Source of the DNA: Octopus sinensis
Taxonomy: Eukaryota
Direction of reading: 5' to 3'
NCBI RefSeq assembly: GCF_006345805.1
Contig: NC_042998.1
Location: 53,444,001 to 53,508,000 of the forward strand
Length of the DNA stretch: 64,000 nt
Shown: positions 1-14,966 of the stretch, piece by piece
Position numbering within the stretch: the first letter of the stretch is position 1
Layout: each line of letters begins with the position of its first letter
The notes under the pieces: model-generated
What the model was told of the DNA's origin: nothing
Database searches by the model: none
Seen by the model: the letters and a program-made list of their open reading frames with translations, nothing else
Program-made: the position numbers and the translations under genes

Positions 1-988
1 TTTATAGCAAGTTGATGCAGGTAGTTTACCCTCCCCTCCAATTTTTACTTCATGCAATTGAAAAATAGGCATTATTTATGGGATGACCCAATATAAATAT
101 ATATATATATATATATAGTCAACAGGTGAGATTCAGAGATGCTCAGTGTAGAAAACATGTAGTAGTGCTTAAATGATTTGGACTTACACTTTGAAGTCTT
201 AATCAAGGAATAAGTCTGTGGGATAAAGAGTAGGTATAAGAGGAATCCAGGTGAGCTCATATGGAGATAGTGTTGCAAATAAACATGCTTGAGGTTGATG
301 TATAAAATGTACATACATGCATATGTACATGTAGATTTAATATATAGGGATATGTGTATGTGCATGTATGTATATTTTATATAGCAAGCCCAAGTGTGTT
401 TATTTGCATCACTATCCCCCTCTCTCCATACATATACACACACATACACACACAAATATATATATATACACACATATATACATACCCATATATGTATTTA
501 TATGCACACACATTTATATACACACATACACACACACATATATTCACATATATATATACATTTATAGAATATGGTATCATACACACATAGACATGTATTT
601 ACATACGTGTGTATGTGTGTGTGTGTGCATACATGGATCTGTGTGTATGTGTGATGAATAAACCCAGCATTCTGTTGTTAGCATTAACTTCATAGTTACA
701 GCTATCAATAAATTATCTATTTCAAGCTAATTTACCTGAGGCAAATCTAGTCTAAAGCAAAACTCAAAATTCTCTTCGTATATATATCCTCTAATGTTTA
801 ATGTTCCATTAAGTGTAAAATATTAAGGAGAGTAGTTTTTTCTCAAGAGAAAAAATACATATGCACTGGATTTTTAAATTACATATAGGCCTATAAAAGT
901 ATGAACATGATATTTATATGTGTTTATATGTGTGTGTGAGTGTGTGTTTCTACACATATGCATATAAACATGGATGCGCACACATACA

Positions 989-1204
989 TATGAGGGAGTG
1001 CTGAAAAGTTCCTAACTTTAAGGGTATCACAAAAAGCCTAGCTAGAGGCTCAACCTTCCGAGTTCTACGAGGCTTAAAAAAATTAAATAACCACTGAAAT
1101 AAGTGTGAATCTGAGAAGGGAATATGTTGAATAAAATCATGATTAACTGATCCTACTGTATTTTCTTTTACCAAAAGCCAGGAACTTTTCAACACCCTCT
1201 CATA
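989..1204 (+). mobile_element. Mariner-derived MITE
   Basis: TIRs tatgagggagtgctgaaaagttcct / aggaacttttcaacaccctctcata; TA ends; interior retains transposase C-terminal codons. Confidence 0.85.
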
Positions 1205-1553
1205 TACATATTCATTTTTTCTCTTTTATTCTTTCACTTGTTTCAGTTATTTGACTGCAGCCATGCTGGAGCACCATCTTTAGTCAAACAAATTGACTCC
1301 AGGACTTATTCTTTGTAAGCCTTGTACTTATTCTATCAGTCTCTTTTATGCCAAATCACTAAGTTACAGGGACATAAGCACACCAACATCGGTCATCAAG
1401 CGATGGTTGGGGGACAAACACAGACACAAATACATACACATATATATAGCCCAAGGCTATAGTAGAAGAAACTTGCCTAAGAAGCCACATAGTGGGACTG
1501 AACCTCGAGCCGTGCAGTTGGGAAGCAAGCTTTTTACCACACAGCCACTCCTG

Positions 1554-1772
1554 CAAGGGGGTACTGAAATGTTTTTGGTTTTAAGGGTATTGTGAAAGGT
1601 CTGGCTGGAGGCCCAACCTTCCAAGTTCTTTTACAGGGTTTAGAAAAACTGGAGGACCACTGCAATAAGCGTGTGAACCTGAGAGAGGAATATGTTGAAT
1701 AAAACCATAATGAACTGATCCTCATGTATTTTCTTTTATCTGACACCAGAAACGTTTTAGCACCCACTCCTA
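1554..1772 (+). mobile_element. Second, diverged copy of the same mariner MITE
   Basis: Homologous to 989-1204; encodes GLEKLEDHCNKRVNLREEYVE* (mariner C-terminus-like). Confidence 0.75.
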
Positions 1773-1859
1773 TATATATGCTTATATATATATACATACA
1801 CATATATATATTTTGTTACATCATATTTATGTAGAAGCTTTGTAGGATGCTGTTTAAAG

Positions 1860-2215
1860 CTCATCCACATCAACAGTTGAAATGCACATGGTACTTGATT
1901 TACCTGAGGAATTCCTTGGTGTCCATAGAGTTTATAGAGACAAAGCGGAGACAGAAAACGTAATTCAAGAGATTCTTTATTCAAATCCACTTCAATTATT
2001 TTGACTTATTCTGCACCTGTAGTTGAGTTTGTGATACATTTATTCTAAAAAAATTTTAGAAAAATGTTACAAAGGTTTAAAGTTTGATCATTTTTATCCA
2101 ATCAGAAAACAAGATTTGGAAGCGATGCATTTTGTGCATGATTGCTGTGTATCATAAAATGATACATTAGAAGATGAGACTTTAACCAAAATGAAAGCAA
2201 TTCATGAGAGTTAAT
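1860..2215 (+). pseudogene. Degenerate hAT-like transposase relic
   Basis: Frameshifted translation LPEEFLGVHRV..KAET.NVIQEIL ... KGL..IRKQDLEAMHFVHDCC resembles the hAT EEFLG..T(A)E.L..I..IL and A.FVHC motifs (recall, not searched). Confidence 0.45.
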
Positions 2216-4568
2216 ACATATAAAAAGAAAGTGTGTCAAAGAGTATGGTAAATATATAGAGATAGATAGATTGATGGTAATAGAGAGTGGGAGAGCTGTC
2301 AATCTAAAGTCGAGTTATTTCTCATAAAAAATTATATTTTTTTATTATCATTTATGGGTGACAATGTGATTTAGATTTTGAAATCAAATTCATTTTTCAT
2401 TACTGAACCTTTTAGGGTTAAACACACATACTTAACCACATACAGTTGCATTTACATAATAATATGTGTATGTGTGTGTGTTTGTCCCCCCACCACCATT
2501 TAACAACTGGTGTTGGTTTGTTTACATCCTTGTAACTTAGTGGTTTGACAAAAAGAGGCCAGTAGAATGTGTACCATACTTTAAGAAAATAAGTACTAGG
2601 GTTGATTTCTTTGACTAAACCCTTCAAGGTAGTGCCCCAGTATGGCCACAGTGAAATGGCTGAGACAAGTGAATTGATAAAAGAGTAAAAGAACTATCTT
2701 TATACTTCCATTTTACATTATCGTTGATGGGATTTAAACAGAGGTGATCAGCAAAGACAGCCAGTTACAAGTTACATGTGATTGAAAGTGTTGAGGCAAT
2801 CAGCAGTAGGGCTGTACTTTTTTGGTAAATGCCACCAGCAATCATAACATCAAAATAGAGAAAAATAAGAAGGGTTACTGAAATTTTGACTGTGCACAAA
2901 ACACATCTTTCATAATTGCTTATTGACCTAAATTAGAAGAACGACTGGAGACATCAATACCTTATCATAGAAGATCTAGTATTTCTCTATCAAGCAAGAG
3001 AATAATTATTCAAAGCAAGAGAAATTAGTAAAGACCTACAAATAAATGATTTTAAATATCTGACTTTATGGTGCCACAGGTTAATATAATGAAGTTGTCA
3101 ATGATGATAGCAGTGAAAATAAAATTGAAAACTTTGAAAATGATAGGGATCATGATAAAAATTAAGCTACACATCCTTAAATAGAGCAAAGGTATTCAGC
3201 ATATTTTGTTTTTTGTGAAAAAATTTTCTTTTTCTATTTTAGTAATATTTTATTTTTACTATTTAATTTTCCTTATCCAAAATTCTGAAATGCCAATATT
3301 TTTTTCCCAAGTTTTGCATACAATTGCTTACAAGTTCATCCATCTCAAATATGTAGAACACTACATATATGAAATGGATTATAAAAAATAGCAGCAGGAG
3401 TTCTTTTTTACCACAGTGCTATCATGAGAACAAAAATTTGTCCTACTCTCTTTACTCTTTTACTTGTTTCAGTCATTTGACTGTGGCCATGCTAGAGCAC
3501 TGCCTTTAGTCAAGCAAATTGACCCTAGGACTTATTCTTTGTAAGTGTAGTACTTATTCTATCAGTCTCTTTTGCTGAACCGCTAAGTGATGGGAACACA
3601 AACACACCTGCATCAGTTCTCAAGTGATGATAGAGGAACAAATACAAACACACACACACACACACACACACATGCATAACACACACACATATATATATAC
3701 GACAGGCTTCTTTCAGCTTCTGTCTACCAAATCCACTCACAGGCTTTGGTCGGCCCAAGGCTATAGTAGAAGACACTTGCCCAAGGTGCCACGCAGTGAG
3801 ACTGAATCCGGAACCATGTGGTTGGTAAGCAAGCTACTTACCACATAGCCACTCCTGCGCCTATTTATGTAGATGTAAGAATGCAAATGAAAAGATAAAA
3901 TAGTAGAGGAGTGAGGTTGGAGGAACAACTGCATAATTACAGTTAGTTGAAGGGTTAGAAAGTTCATGGTACTTCACCTTTTACACTCTGACTTTATTTA
4001 AAAACTTTCTACACTCTATTTGCACATACACACACCATTCTGTTGACATGCAACATATGTAGCTACAGACGTTGCTATCATACTGATATTATTATAGTTG
4101 TTGTCATTTGGTAATCCAAAAGACTATTGGTTGATAGTGGTGGTGGTAGTGTTGGTTGTATCAGTTTTGGTATAGGTGGTAGTAAAAGCAGTGGTCATAC
4201 AATTTTTGTTAATTGTATTTTTGTTGCTGTTTAATCTTAAATCGTTCCTCACTGGCATAAGATAAAAGACATTTTGTCCAACTTTCAAAACACACTAGAC
4301 TACCATATCATTTAATGGGATAGTCTTTTATTTTAAGATGGAATTGCTTATATTGTTCGTATAATTTTTGTAGTTGTTGTTGATCATTAAGGAGTTGAGT
4401 AGGTTGAAAATATCTACATCTATCTATCTGTCCACCTATCTATCTGTCTATCTATCTATCCATCTCTCTTTCCATCTCTCTATCTCTAGCTATCTGCCAG
4501 TCTGTCTATCTATCTATTTATCTTTTTTTTTATATTTATATACACACACACATATATATATATATATA

Positions 4569-4600
<32 letters not shown>

Positions 4601-5274
4601 TGTGTGTGTATGTGTGTGTTTGTTATGTGAGTGCGTGTATGTATGTATGTAGACTCATATGTGTGTATGTATGTGTTTTTGACTGTCTTTTCCAGTCATC
4701 TGTTAATGGAAAATGTCCAAATGGAAGTGAACAATTAAGATAAAAGAACCATTTACCAAAGAAATAATAAAAATAAATGAAATCGCTTTTTCAACTTCTA
4801 GATACAATATATATTGGACTGGATTCTGGAAGCTAAAGCACACTTTGAAATTGCATGTAAGAAATATATATGAATGTTATATCACGTTAATCATTTTTCC
4901 TTTTAACATCGTCTTTAACATGTGTGTCTTGTGAGACCATGGCTCTGTAATTGGATAGGCTTAATTTAGTCTTTGTTTTCAGAGTGTAGTGAGGAAACTG
5001 GATTGCTCTCTTTATGGTGCAGGCCTAAACGCAGTTGTATGTTTGACTAGTTGTTACTTAAGGAGCAGTCTCTCTCCTCTCTATATCACTGGTAAACTGG
5101 CAGAGCTGTTAGTGTATCAAAAGAAAGCCTTGTACTTGTTCTAACATTCTGAGTCCCATTCCCACTAACTTCACCATTTTCTTCCATCTTCTTGGAGTTG
5201 ATTACAAGAGTACCACTCCAAGGAAACAACATTAGCAGAACTGAAAGAATGTTGGACTGGGTGTCTTACAATAT

Positions 5275-5844
5275 TTTTGGGGGTTGTCTGGAAAGTTCAT
5301 GCTGATTTTTTAAGGAAAGAAAAAGGTCAATAAATACTTGCCATTACATTTTTAATCAAACAAATATGAACCATTTTGTGGCACAATGTGTCTATCTTTC
5401 CTTTAACTTGAAAATACCCTCTTCCCAGAATTGAGGTGGTTTCATGGCAAAGAATTCATCAAGGTATCTTTTTACGTCATTCAAGGAATTGAAATTTTTA
5501 CCATTAAGACTATTCTGCAGAGACCTGAATAAGTGGAAATCCGAAGGAGCAATATCTGGTGAATATGGAAGGTGGAGTAACACATCCCAGCCGAGCTGCA
5601 ACAATTTTTGTCTGGCTCCCAAAGCATCAAGTGCCAAAAATGAACTTTTTTATCTTCCATTTTAAAGGGGTACAGAATTAACACAGGTTATAGGAACATA
5701 AACCTTCTTCCACGAAAAAATAGCTTAAACTGTGCTCTAAATGGAGGTGTAGTCAAATCCTATTTTATGGACTCAACCATGTTCTAAAATAAGTCGAAAG
5801 ATAAGCTGCTATAATTCGGCACTTACTTTCCTGACAACCCAATA
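5275..5844 (-). mobile_element. Internally deleted mariner element
   Basis: TIRs ttgggggttgtctggaaagt / actttcctgacaacccaata; transposase piece LHLPYSPDIAPSDFHLFRSLQN..GIFKLKER (YSPDLAPSD motif). Confidence 0.92.
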
Positions 5845-7642
5845 TCTGGCTCTCTGCATTCTGAGTTCAAATCTCACTATACTCTACTTAACATGTACAC
5901 TTAATTTGTCATCTAGTTTAACATCTTGGTTGTCTTCCATGGAGTCCACTCTGTTGCAAGTATTTGAGCCTGGTCTCCAATTTGAGGATACCTTACTCTC
6001 CCCTCCCCTCCCCTCCAGTCTTAGAAGCCCTGTAAACAGTTATGGGCACTGCCTTCCAATCTGACTTTCTGATAAAAATATTAAAAAAAGGAGGGAGGGG
6101 CTAATGTCAGTACAACTTGGTACCTGTGTCATTGCAGGGGTTGCCAGAACAAAGTTGAAACCAACAGTGAACAGCCTTAATAATTCCAGATTCCAATTTA
6201 TTGTTGTTTAAATTAACTCTGATACTTGGCAGGCCCTAGTATCAACATAAGAAGGTGCTTTTATTGACGCTTATATTGGCAAAGGCACAGTTGACTACAA
6301 TGGAATTATTTGAAGATTTTCTGTAAAGATCCAGAATAAATTTCACTAGGCATTTTATCCAGTACTCTAACCATTCTAACATCAGTTACCCTAAGCATCA
6401 TTGAAGATATACTCTATCCGACTATCTATTCACTCTGTCTTTCTATCTACTGATATACATACATACATACATACATACATTACATACATACATTACATAC
6501 ATACATTACATACATTACATTACATACATACATTACATACATACATACATACATTACATACATACATAACATTACATACATACATACATACATTACATAC
6601 ATTACATACATATGTACATTGCATACATATATACAGACAGATAGACAATATTATTTATATATAAAAGTGATTTGACTCATTGAATTGTTTTTAATATTAT
6701 ATGTCTTTAGATATGTGATGAATAAATATATTTTACATACATCTTTGGTCTTGCTAGAGACAAAACAACCCCTCAGATGCTGGTATCAGGATACAATACA
6801 CTTAAAATACTTTGTGTACTAGTTGACTATAATAAGGGCATCCAGCCATAGAATCCAATCCATAAATTGGTAATGTATGAGTTGGATGGAGGATAGTAAC
6901 TTTGAATAAACGGTGAATTGTCAGTCATAAGAATATTGAATAGAATACCACAGTGTGTTTTAACTCTCTGTGCTCTGAGTTCTAATTCCACTGAGGTTAA
7001 TGTTGCTTACCATCTTTTCAGGGTTGATATAAAAAAAAAAAAGGGTACCACTACTCCAGGTGGGAACTGGCAGAACTGTTAAAGGGTCTGACAGTATTCC
7101 TTGCAGCCTCTGTTCCATTTTGCCATGTTTTGACAGCTATGCTGTGGCAGTATTGGTACTGAATGGCATCAACCCAAGTAGGCAGGATTTCTTTTGGATA
7201 AACATCAGTGGACTTCGCTGTTGTCAATTTTGGTTAACGGAAACCTCAGATAAACATTGAATAAGAATTGACTCCGTGTGCAACTACCTACTCCATCTAT
7301 CATGCTACCATAGAAATCTGGACATAAAGTTGTGATGATAATGACATTTTACACACAAAGATTTATGTATATATCACAGAATTAAGATATTTGCTTTGTT
7401 GGTTTAGTATATGCATAAAAAAAAATTACTGGATAAGTGTTAAATCAACATCTTTGCTACATAAATATATCATTAATGAACATAGATTTTTTCTTGTTAT
7501 CAGTAAAACTTATATTCTTCAAGCTGGATTCTGATATATATATATAAACAGAATCATTGTGCAGGGAACTCAAGATAAATACTTGGTAACATTTTTACTG
7601 GATTTCTTTAACATATGATGCCTCTATCTATCTAACCTATCA

Positions 7643-7684
<42 letters not shown>

Positions 7685-7803
7685 TTTTCTGTCCGTCTGT
7701 CAGTTTGTTTGTCTGTCCATCTGTTCATCCATCTGTCTGTCTGTATATACATATGCGCGTGTATGTGTATATATGTGTGTCTGTATGTATATATACATAC
7801 ATT

Positions 7804-7844
<41 letters not shown>

Positions 7845-8784
7845 AAGGATTAACAAAAGTTTATATATAGTTCTTACATGCATTTCATGATTATATGTGT
7901 GTGTATTCATCTATCTATATATATATATATAAAGGAAGCATTTATTGAAACATAATCTGATTACATTTTAAGTGAAATGAATGCATCTCTTTCATTTTCA
8001 TTGAGTTTTTTTATGTGCATTTCTTTTTTCTTTTATGTATTATTACAAAACATTTTATTTGGTTTCATCATACTGTATCTTGGATTATTCATTATCACTT
8101 GATATTCAGGATAATTTTTCCTGGTGAAATTAATGTTTATTGCTTCATGTATGTGATACAATATTATAATAATAGAGAACATGCTGCCTATGCAAAGAAG
8201 CAAATGAATTACATCAAGTCATTAATGATAAAACGGAAAGAAGCTTTATCCAAAATGCCACTTATTTTCACCAGATACGCCATTTTACATAGTTGTGTGT
8301 ATGTGTGTTTGTGTGTGTGTGTGTTCTCTTTGTTTTATGTGTTAAGATCATGTAGGAGAATTTTTATATTTTTTTTCCTACCTTCTATGTTATTTTATTG
8401 TCAATATTTTGCTTGCTGTCAAACAGGAAGACAAAATATGAATAAAGAAAAAAAAAATACCCAAAAACTCAGAAGCATAAAGTTATATTTGGAAAAGAAC
8501 TCACATATTTGCATTGGCCATATCAGAATAACAGATTACAGAAGTAATAAAATAACGTTGACATTTTGCAGATTTTCCTATTGGTTTTTTGGCTTTTTTA
8601 CTATTTTCTAATATTTGAAAAACTTAAGTGAAGTAGAATCTATTGTAGCAATTTATATAATTTTACAGAATAAATGCAGTGAAAATTGTCAAAGTTTATA
8701 AGAGTTCTTCATTTTTTACCCTTCAAGCAGAATTTATATATCTAGTTTGATAATAATAATATTTCTGTTCTATGCAATGATCTA

Positions 8785-9010
8785 CTCAGAGACAATTTGG
8801 TTGGTGCTTTATCTTCATCACAACAACAATACAATGTATGGAAGCCTTTACGTTCAGTGAATGCGAAATATCACATTGTTAACCTTTGCTTGATGAACCA
8901 CAATAATTCACACAATCAAGAGCAAATGTCATAGAGCAAGAGGCTGAACTTCTGACGAGATATGTCAGCGATTCTGTTTCAATTCCTGGATGAGACCATT
9001 TTCTTTACTG
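8785..9010 (+). pseudogene. Degenerate hAT-like transposase relic (first catalytic D region)
   Basis: NDLLRDNL..VNAKYHIV/LLDEPQ*..EQEAELLTRYVSD resembles hAT AKYFSI.LDET.D.S..EQ....RYV. Confidence 0.4.
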
Positions 9011-9675
9011 AAATAGCTAGGGTGAAGCATGGAATTTTTCCATTATTCAGTAAATAAAGTATCTTAAGTAGATAATGGTGGAGGCACATAGCCTAGTGGT
9101 TAGAGCAGCAGATTCATGGTCATGGGATCGCAGGTTCAAATCTCAGACTGGGCGATGTGTGTGTTTATGAGCGAAAACACCTAAGCTCCACGCGGCTCCG
9201 GCAGAAGGTAATGGCGAACTTCTGCTGACTCTTTTGCCACAACTTTCTCTCACTCTTTCCTCCTACATCTGGCAGCTCACCTGCGATGGACTGACGTCCG
9301 ATCCAGTTGGGGAACCTATACGCCAAGGAAACTGGGAAACCAGCCCTATGAGCCAGGGATGGCTCAAGAAGGAACAAACAACAAGTAAAAAATTTGTCAC
9401 AAAGAGGGTAATTTTTGTAAAACCGAACAAATGAAAGATACATTATCATTTTAATGTCCCCTTTTCTATGCTTGCATGGCTTGGATGGAGTTCACTGAGG
9501 CAGATTTTCTTAAGTCAGATGTCCTTCTTGTTGCCAACCTTAACCAGTTTATAAGTGAGATAATCTTTCTCTATGGTCAAACATACTTCCACAAAGTATT
9601 GGAGGTGATTGATACTGCTTATATGACTGACACTCATTTATGGTTATCATGTAATATCAAGACCAGTAGGCTCAA

Positions 9676-9719
<44 letters not shown>

Positions 9720-11743
9720 AGCTTTTTTCAATTTTCATCTACCAAATCTGCTCAAAAGGCTGGGGCTATAGTTGAAGACACTTGCTCAAGGTATCATGCC
9801 ATGAAACTAGAGGTACAGAGTAGGTCATAACTCATTCAATATATATTGCACATTTCAAAAACAAAACATTATCTCTTTCTCTTTTCTCTTTTACTTGTTT
9901 CAGTCATTTGACTGCGGCCATGCTGGAGCACCGCCTTTTTAGTCGAGCAAATCGACCCCAGGACTTATTCTTTGTAAGCCTAGTACTTATTCTATCGGTC
10001 TCTTTTGCCGAACCGCTAAGTAACGGGTACGTAAACATACCAGCGGGGGACAAACACACACACATATATATACATATATATACGACAGGCTTCTTTCAGT
10101 TTCCATCTACCAAATCCACTCACAAGGCTTTGGTCGGCCCGAGGCTAGAGTAGAAGACACTTGCCCAAAGTGCCACGCAGTGGGACTGAACCCGGAACCA
10201 TGTGGTTGATAAGCAAGCTACTTACCACACAGCCACTCCTGCGCCTTATATTTACGAAGCAAATAATAATAATAATAATCCTTTCTACTAAAGGCACAAA
10301 TGGCCTGAAATTTGAGGGGAAGGGACCGATCAATTACATCGACTCCAGTGTTTCACTAGTTCTTAATTTATCAACCCTGAAAGGTTGAAAAGCCAAGTTG
10401 ACCTCGGTGGAATTCGAACTCAGAACATAGCAATGTAATATAGATAGAATGTCAAATGCTTTGTTGCATGACTTTTAGCCCACTTCATATTTTATACACA
10501 TTTTATAAAAATACATCCAACAGCTTAGAGAAACAGACCGTTGCTTTTGATGGAAGCTCATTATGTATTGGAAAAGTTCAAATTAGTTTCTCATGGTATC
10601 CCAAGTACAAAGTCCCACCCTCACCAATGTCATAAACATTATCATAATCATCATCATCTTTACTTTGCTATGTTTGTAGATTATTACAGTGCAAACTTCA
10701 AAAATCAAAAGCTACTCATTTTTTCAGTTAAGTATTTCTTTGTTGTGGAGGCGCATGGCTTAGTGGTTAGGGTGTCAGCATCATGATTGTAAGATTGTGG
10801 TTTCGATTCCTGGATCGAGTGACGCGTTGCATTCTTGAGCAAAACACTACATTTCACGTTGCTCCAGTCCACACAGCTGGCAAAAATGAGTAACGCTGTG
10901 ATGGACTGGCATCCTGTCCAGCTGGAGAACACATATGCCATTGAAACCGGGAAACTGGGCCCATGAGCCTGGCTAGGCTTTAAAAAGGCACATTTATTTA
11001 TTTTATTATTTCTTTGCTTCTGTTGACCATTGGCTATATTCAACAAAATCCATTCTATTGCAAATATGCAGGCCAAGTCTTTTGTTTAAGGATAAGTTCC
11101 TCTTGCTTCCCACAACACTTGGAGGCTTTCAGTATGATTCTATGTAAGAACATTTTTTTATCAAATGAAGTTTCCAAACACTAATTTAATGATAACAAAG
11201 TTAAGCTTTAACAAAATTCCTCTAAAATCTAGATTATTTTTCAAAATTAATTGGAACACACAGGCAGCATATTTTGCAAGAAATCTTATCACAAAAGTGT
11301 TAAATTAACCCTTTTCTTATTGCATTTCTGTTGAAACACAATGCCTTTGTTTCCATTGATTTTGAAAAGAATTAAATAAAAAATTCTTAGTTTTTGGAAA
11401 GTAAATTAGTTTGAAATTTCAGTCTTCAAAACAAGACTTTTGCATTAGAGAACCATGGGGTAGTCTCAGGTGGGTTGATAACAAAAGAGTTTTAGGCATT
11501 TAAATTTCCATAAAGAATGTAAAACTGTAACCAGTACCAAACTTTATTACAAACAGAGGAAAGAAAGTTGAAATGTGCTTCATGTATTTTACATAACCTG
11601 ATATAAAAGAAAGCTTTGTGAAATAGAACAACACAGGTGTGGCTGTGTGAGTAAGAAGCTTACTTCCCAACCTTGTAGTCTTGGGTTCAGTCCCACTGTA
11701 TAGCACCTTGGGCAAATGTCTTTTGCTATAACCATGGGTTGAT

Positions 11744-11911
11744 CAAGGCCAGGCCTAGGGATGCTGGTGCCTTGGACAAGCTGAACTGTAGCATACACAA
11801 GCTGATGGTCGTGGAAATTTCCTTGTCTTTGTCACACCCTCCTTAGCATGCCCTAGCACATGGTGCACCCCGGGCAACTGCCTGAATTGCTGGTACCTTG
11901 AGCCAGCCCTG
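11744..11911. mobile_element. hAT-type MITE inserted in a SINE
   Basis: CAGGGC(C/T)GGC-like ends; 8-bp TSD gggttgat / gggttgac. Confidence 0.65.
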
Positions 11912-13034
11912 GGGTTGACCAAAGTCTTGTGAGTGCATTTGGTAAACAGAAATGGAAACACATATATCCTTTCTATTATAGGCACAAGGCCTGAAATTTT
12001 GAGTGAGGTGGGTTAGTTGATCACATTGACTCCAGTACTTGACTGGTACTTATTTTATCGACCCTGAAAGGGTGAAAAGTAAAGCTGACCATGACAGAAT
12101 TTGAATGCAGAACATAAGGACGGACAAAAAGCCACTAAGCTTTTTGCCAGCATCCTGTTTCCACTCACACACACATATATGTATGTATATATAAAAAACT
12201 TTTTCAATTCCCAAGCGTTATACTAATACATCTGTTTGTTTTCTACACCACTTGTCTTCGTCTTTTGTTTTTTTCATGCATTCTCCCCATGAACATTCAG
12301 TTTTGACTGACAGAAGTCCATCACCATAGTAAAAGCATATAACAGGTGACTTCCTCCACAGAAAACATATTAAAACTGTCTCATGATTATGTGTAGATGA
12401 AGCTGGGCAAAACATACAGCTATGAAAGCTGTTCTAATAATTCTTGCAAATATTTGAAATTTTCGCAACTATACAACCCACTGTAGCATGGAAAAAAAAG
12501 GAATTTTATAAAGAGCTTTAAATGAAATTTACATTAGATGTAGATAAATTTATTTTTATAAATGTTTTGGTGAAATCACATCAAATCATTATTGAAAGTG
12601 TGTGTATGTGTGTATGTATGCATGTGTGTGTGAGGGGGAAATTTGATAGTGAAGAATAAATATTGATTGATGAGTTTATTTATTGAATGATTAGTGTTGT
12701 TAGAAATGATGATCATGATGACAACGAGGAGGCAGAAGAGGAAAATGATATTGGTGGAAGGGGCTTGTAGTTGTGTTAGGAGAAACAAATTTTAACTTCA
12801 ATATATTGGGAACTCTCATATGATTCTCAGTTTTTTTTTTTTTTCTATTTTACCAAATTCTTATGTCTGGTTTATTATGGAGCTCATAGCTCAATGCTAA
12901 AAGTACAGAAGATATAATTAACATTTACAACCAAAGAAAAGCTTCAGCAAGATGTAATTTCAATGTCAACTTATCTAATAAATGTTATTATTATTTTACT
13001 TATCTATTTATTTCGTTCTTTATTTATCAATTTA

Positions 13035-13049
13035 TTATTATTATTATTA

Positions 13050-13113
<64 letters not shown>

Positions 13114-13247
13114 TATTACTGTTGTTGCTGTTGTTATCATTATTATCATCATTATTATTTTTATTTTTATCATTATTATTATTATTATTAATATTATTAA
13201 TATTATTATTATTATTATCATCATCATCATCATTTATTCATTTATTC

Positions 13248-13296
<49 letters not shown>

Positions 13297-13300
13297 TTAT
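13035..13300. repeat. Long (TTA)n compound microsatellite
   Basis: Direct; similar tracts at 45255-45580, 62160-62290, 63030-63100, 42560-42637. Confidence 0.95.
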
Positions 13301-14268
13301 TATTTTTGCTGCGCAGTTAAAGTTATATATTTTCCATTTAAAGTCGGATATTGGTAACTGAGGAAAAATATATCTTTTTTTAGTTTCCAAACTAAAATTC
13401 ATTATTGATAGCATAGTATATAGAATATAGAAAATGTGATAAATAAATGAATAATATAACACTGTAAATAGTTTGCAAAAAGTCATTATTTTTTTATGAT
13501 CTCATTAAAAAAAAAATATTCTTAGTAAAATTCATAGATTAAGTTCCAAACTTTTATCATTTTTTATTTCTGTAAAGTTATATATGTATATATATATATT
13601 TTTTCTGCTGTCCATGAAAAGATATATGTGGATATGATTATAAATTATATGATAAAAAAGTAATATACTGGTAATTTTTGCAAAGAATGTCATCATTCTA
13701 TTTTTATAAGGAGCAATCTGGAATATGCTATGCCATATATGCATGTGTATGTACATGTCTGTGTGAGTGGATGTGCTTGTGTACATGTGTGTATGTGTAC
13801 ATATGTGTAAGTATGTTATATATATATATATATATACGTGCGGGTGGCACGTAAAAAGCACCCACTACACTCACGGAGTGGTTGGCGTTAGGAAGGGCAT
13901 CCAGCCGTAGAAACACTGCCAGATTTGACTGGGCCTGATGAAGCCTTCTGGCTTCACAGACCCCAGTAGAACCGTCCAACCCATGCTAGCATGGAAAACG
14001 GACGCTAAATGATGATGATGATGATGATGATATATATACACATACATACATACATACATACATACATACATGCATACATGCATACATGCATATATATATA
14101 TATATATATATATATCATCATCATCATCATCTAATATCCATTGTCCTTGCTGGGATGGGTTGGATGGTGTGACCAGAGCTGGCAAGTCGGAGACAGGCAG
14201 GGGAACTGTACCAGACTCCAGTCTAATGTGAACTACTTCACTCACCTTCTATTATCTATCCATTTATC

Positions 14269-14351
<83 letters not shown>

Positions 14352-14626
14352 ATCATCATCATCATTTAATGTCCGTTTTCCATGTTTGCGGGGATTGGAC
14401 AGTTTGACTGAAAACTAGTAAACTGGAGAGCTGCACCAGATTTCAGTCAGATTTAGTTTGATTTCTACAGCTGGATGCCCTTCCTAACGCCAACCATTCC
14501 AAGAGTGTAGTGGGTGCTTCTCATGTGCTACTGGCATGGGTGCAAATTATGAAAAACTGGCATTGGCCACAACTATGATGTCACTTGGCTTGACAGCTCT
14601 TCCCAAACACAGTGTATTGCCATATG

Positions 14627-14688
<62 letters not shown>

Positions 14689-14777
14689 CACACACATACA
14701 AGATGGTGCAAAAATAGGCTAGCAGTTGTATATTATATACAATTATACAATTTTTGCACAACCCTGTATATATATAC

Positions 14778-14844
<67 letters not shown>

Positions 14845-14933
14845 ATATATATGTTGAGAGAGAGATACATACACACATAACATAGACACCACAAATATAT
14901 GTGTGCCTCTCTGTGTGTGTGTGCATATATATG

Positions 14934-14966
<33 letters not shown>

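Noticed and set aside
8015-8611. 198-aa plus-strand ORF
   Set aside because: Low-complexity ends, a TG microsatellite inside and no splice donors; at most the N-terminal part of the adjacent hAT relic.
9080-9150. tRNA genes suggested by A/B boxes (also at 10745, 36240, 48750, 52455)
   Set aside because: They continue into SINE bodies and lack a complete cloverleaf acceptor stem; these are SINE heads.
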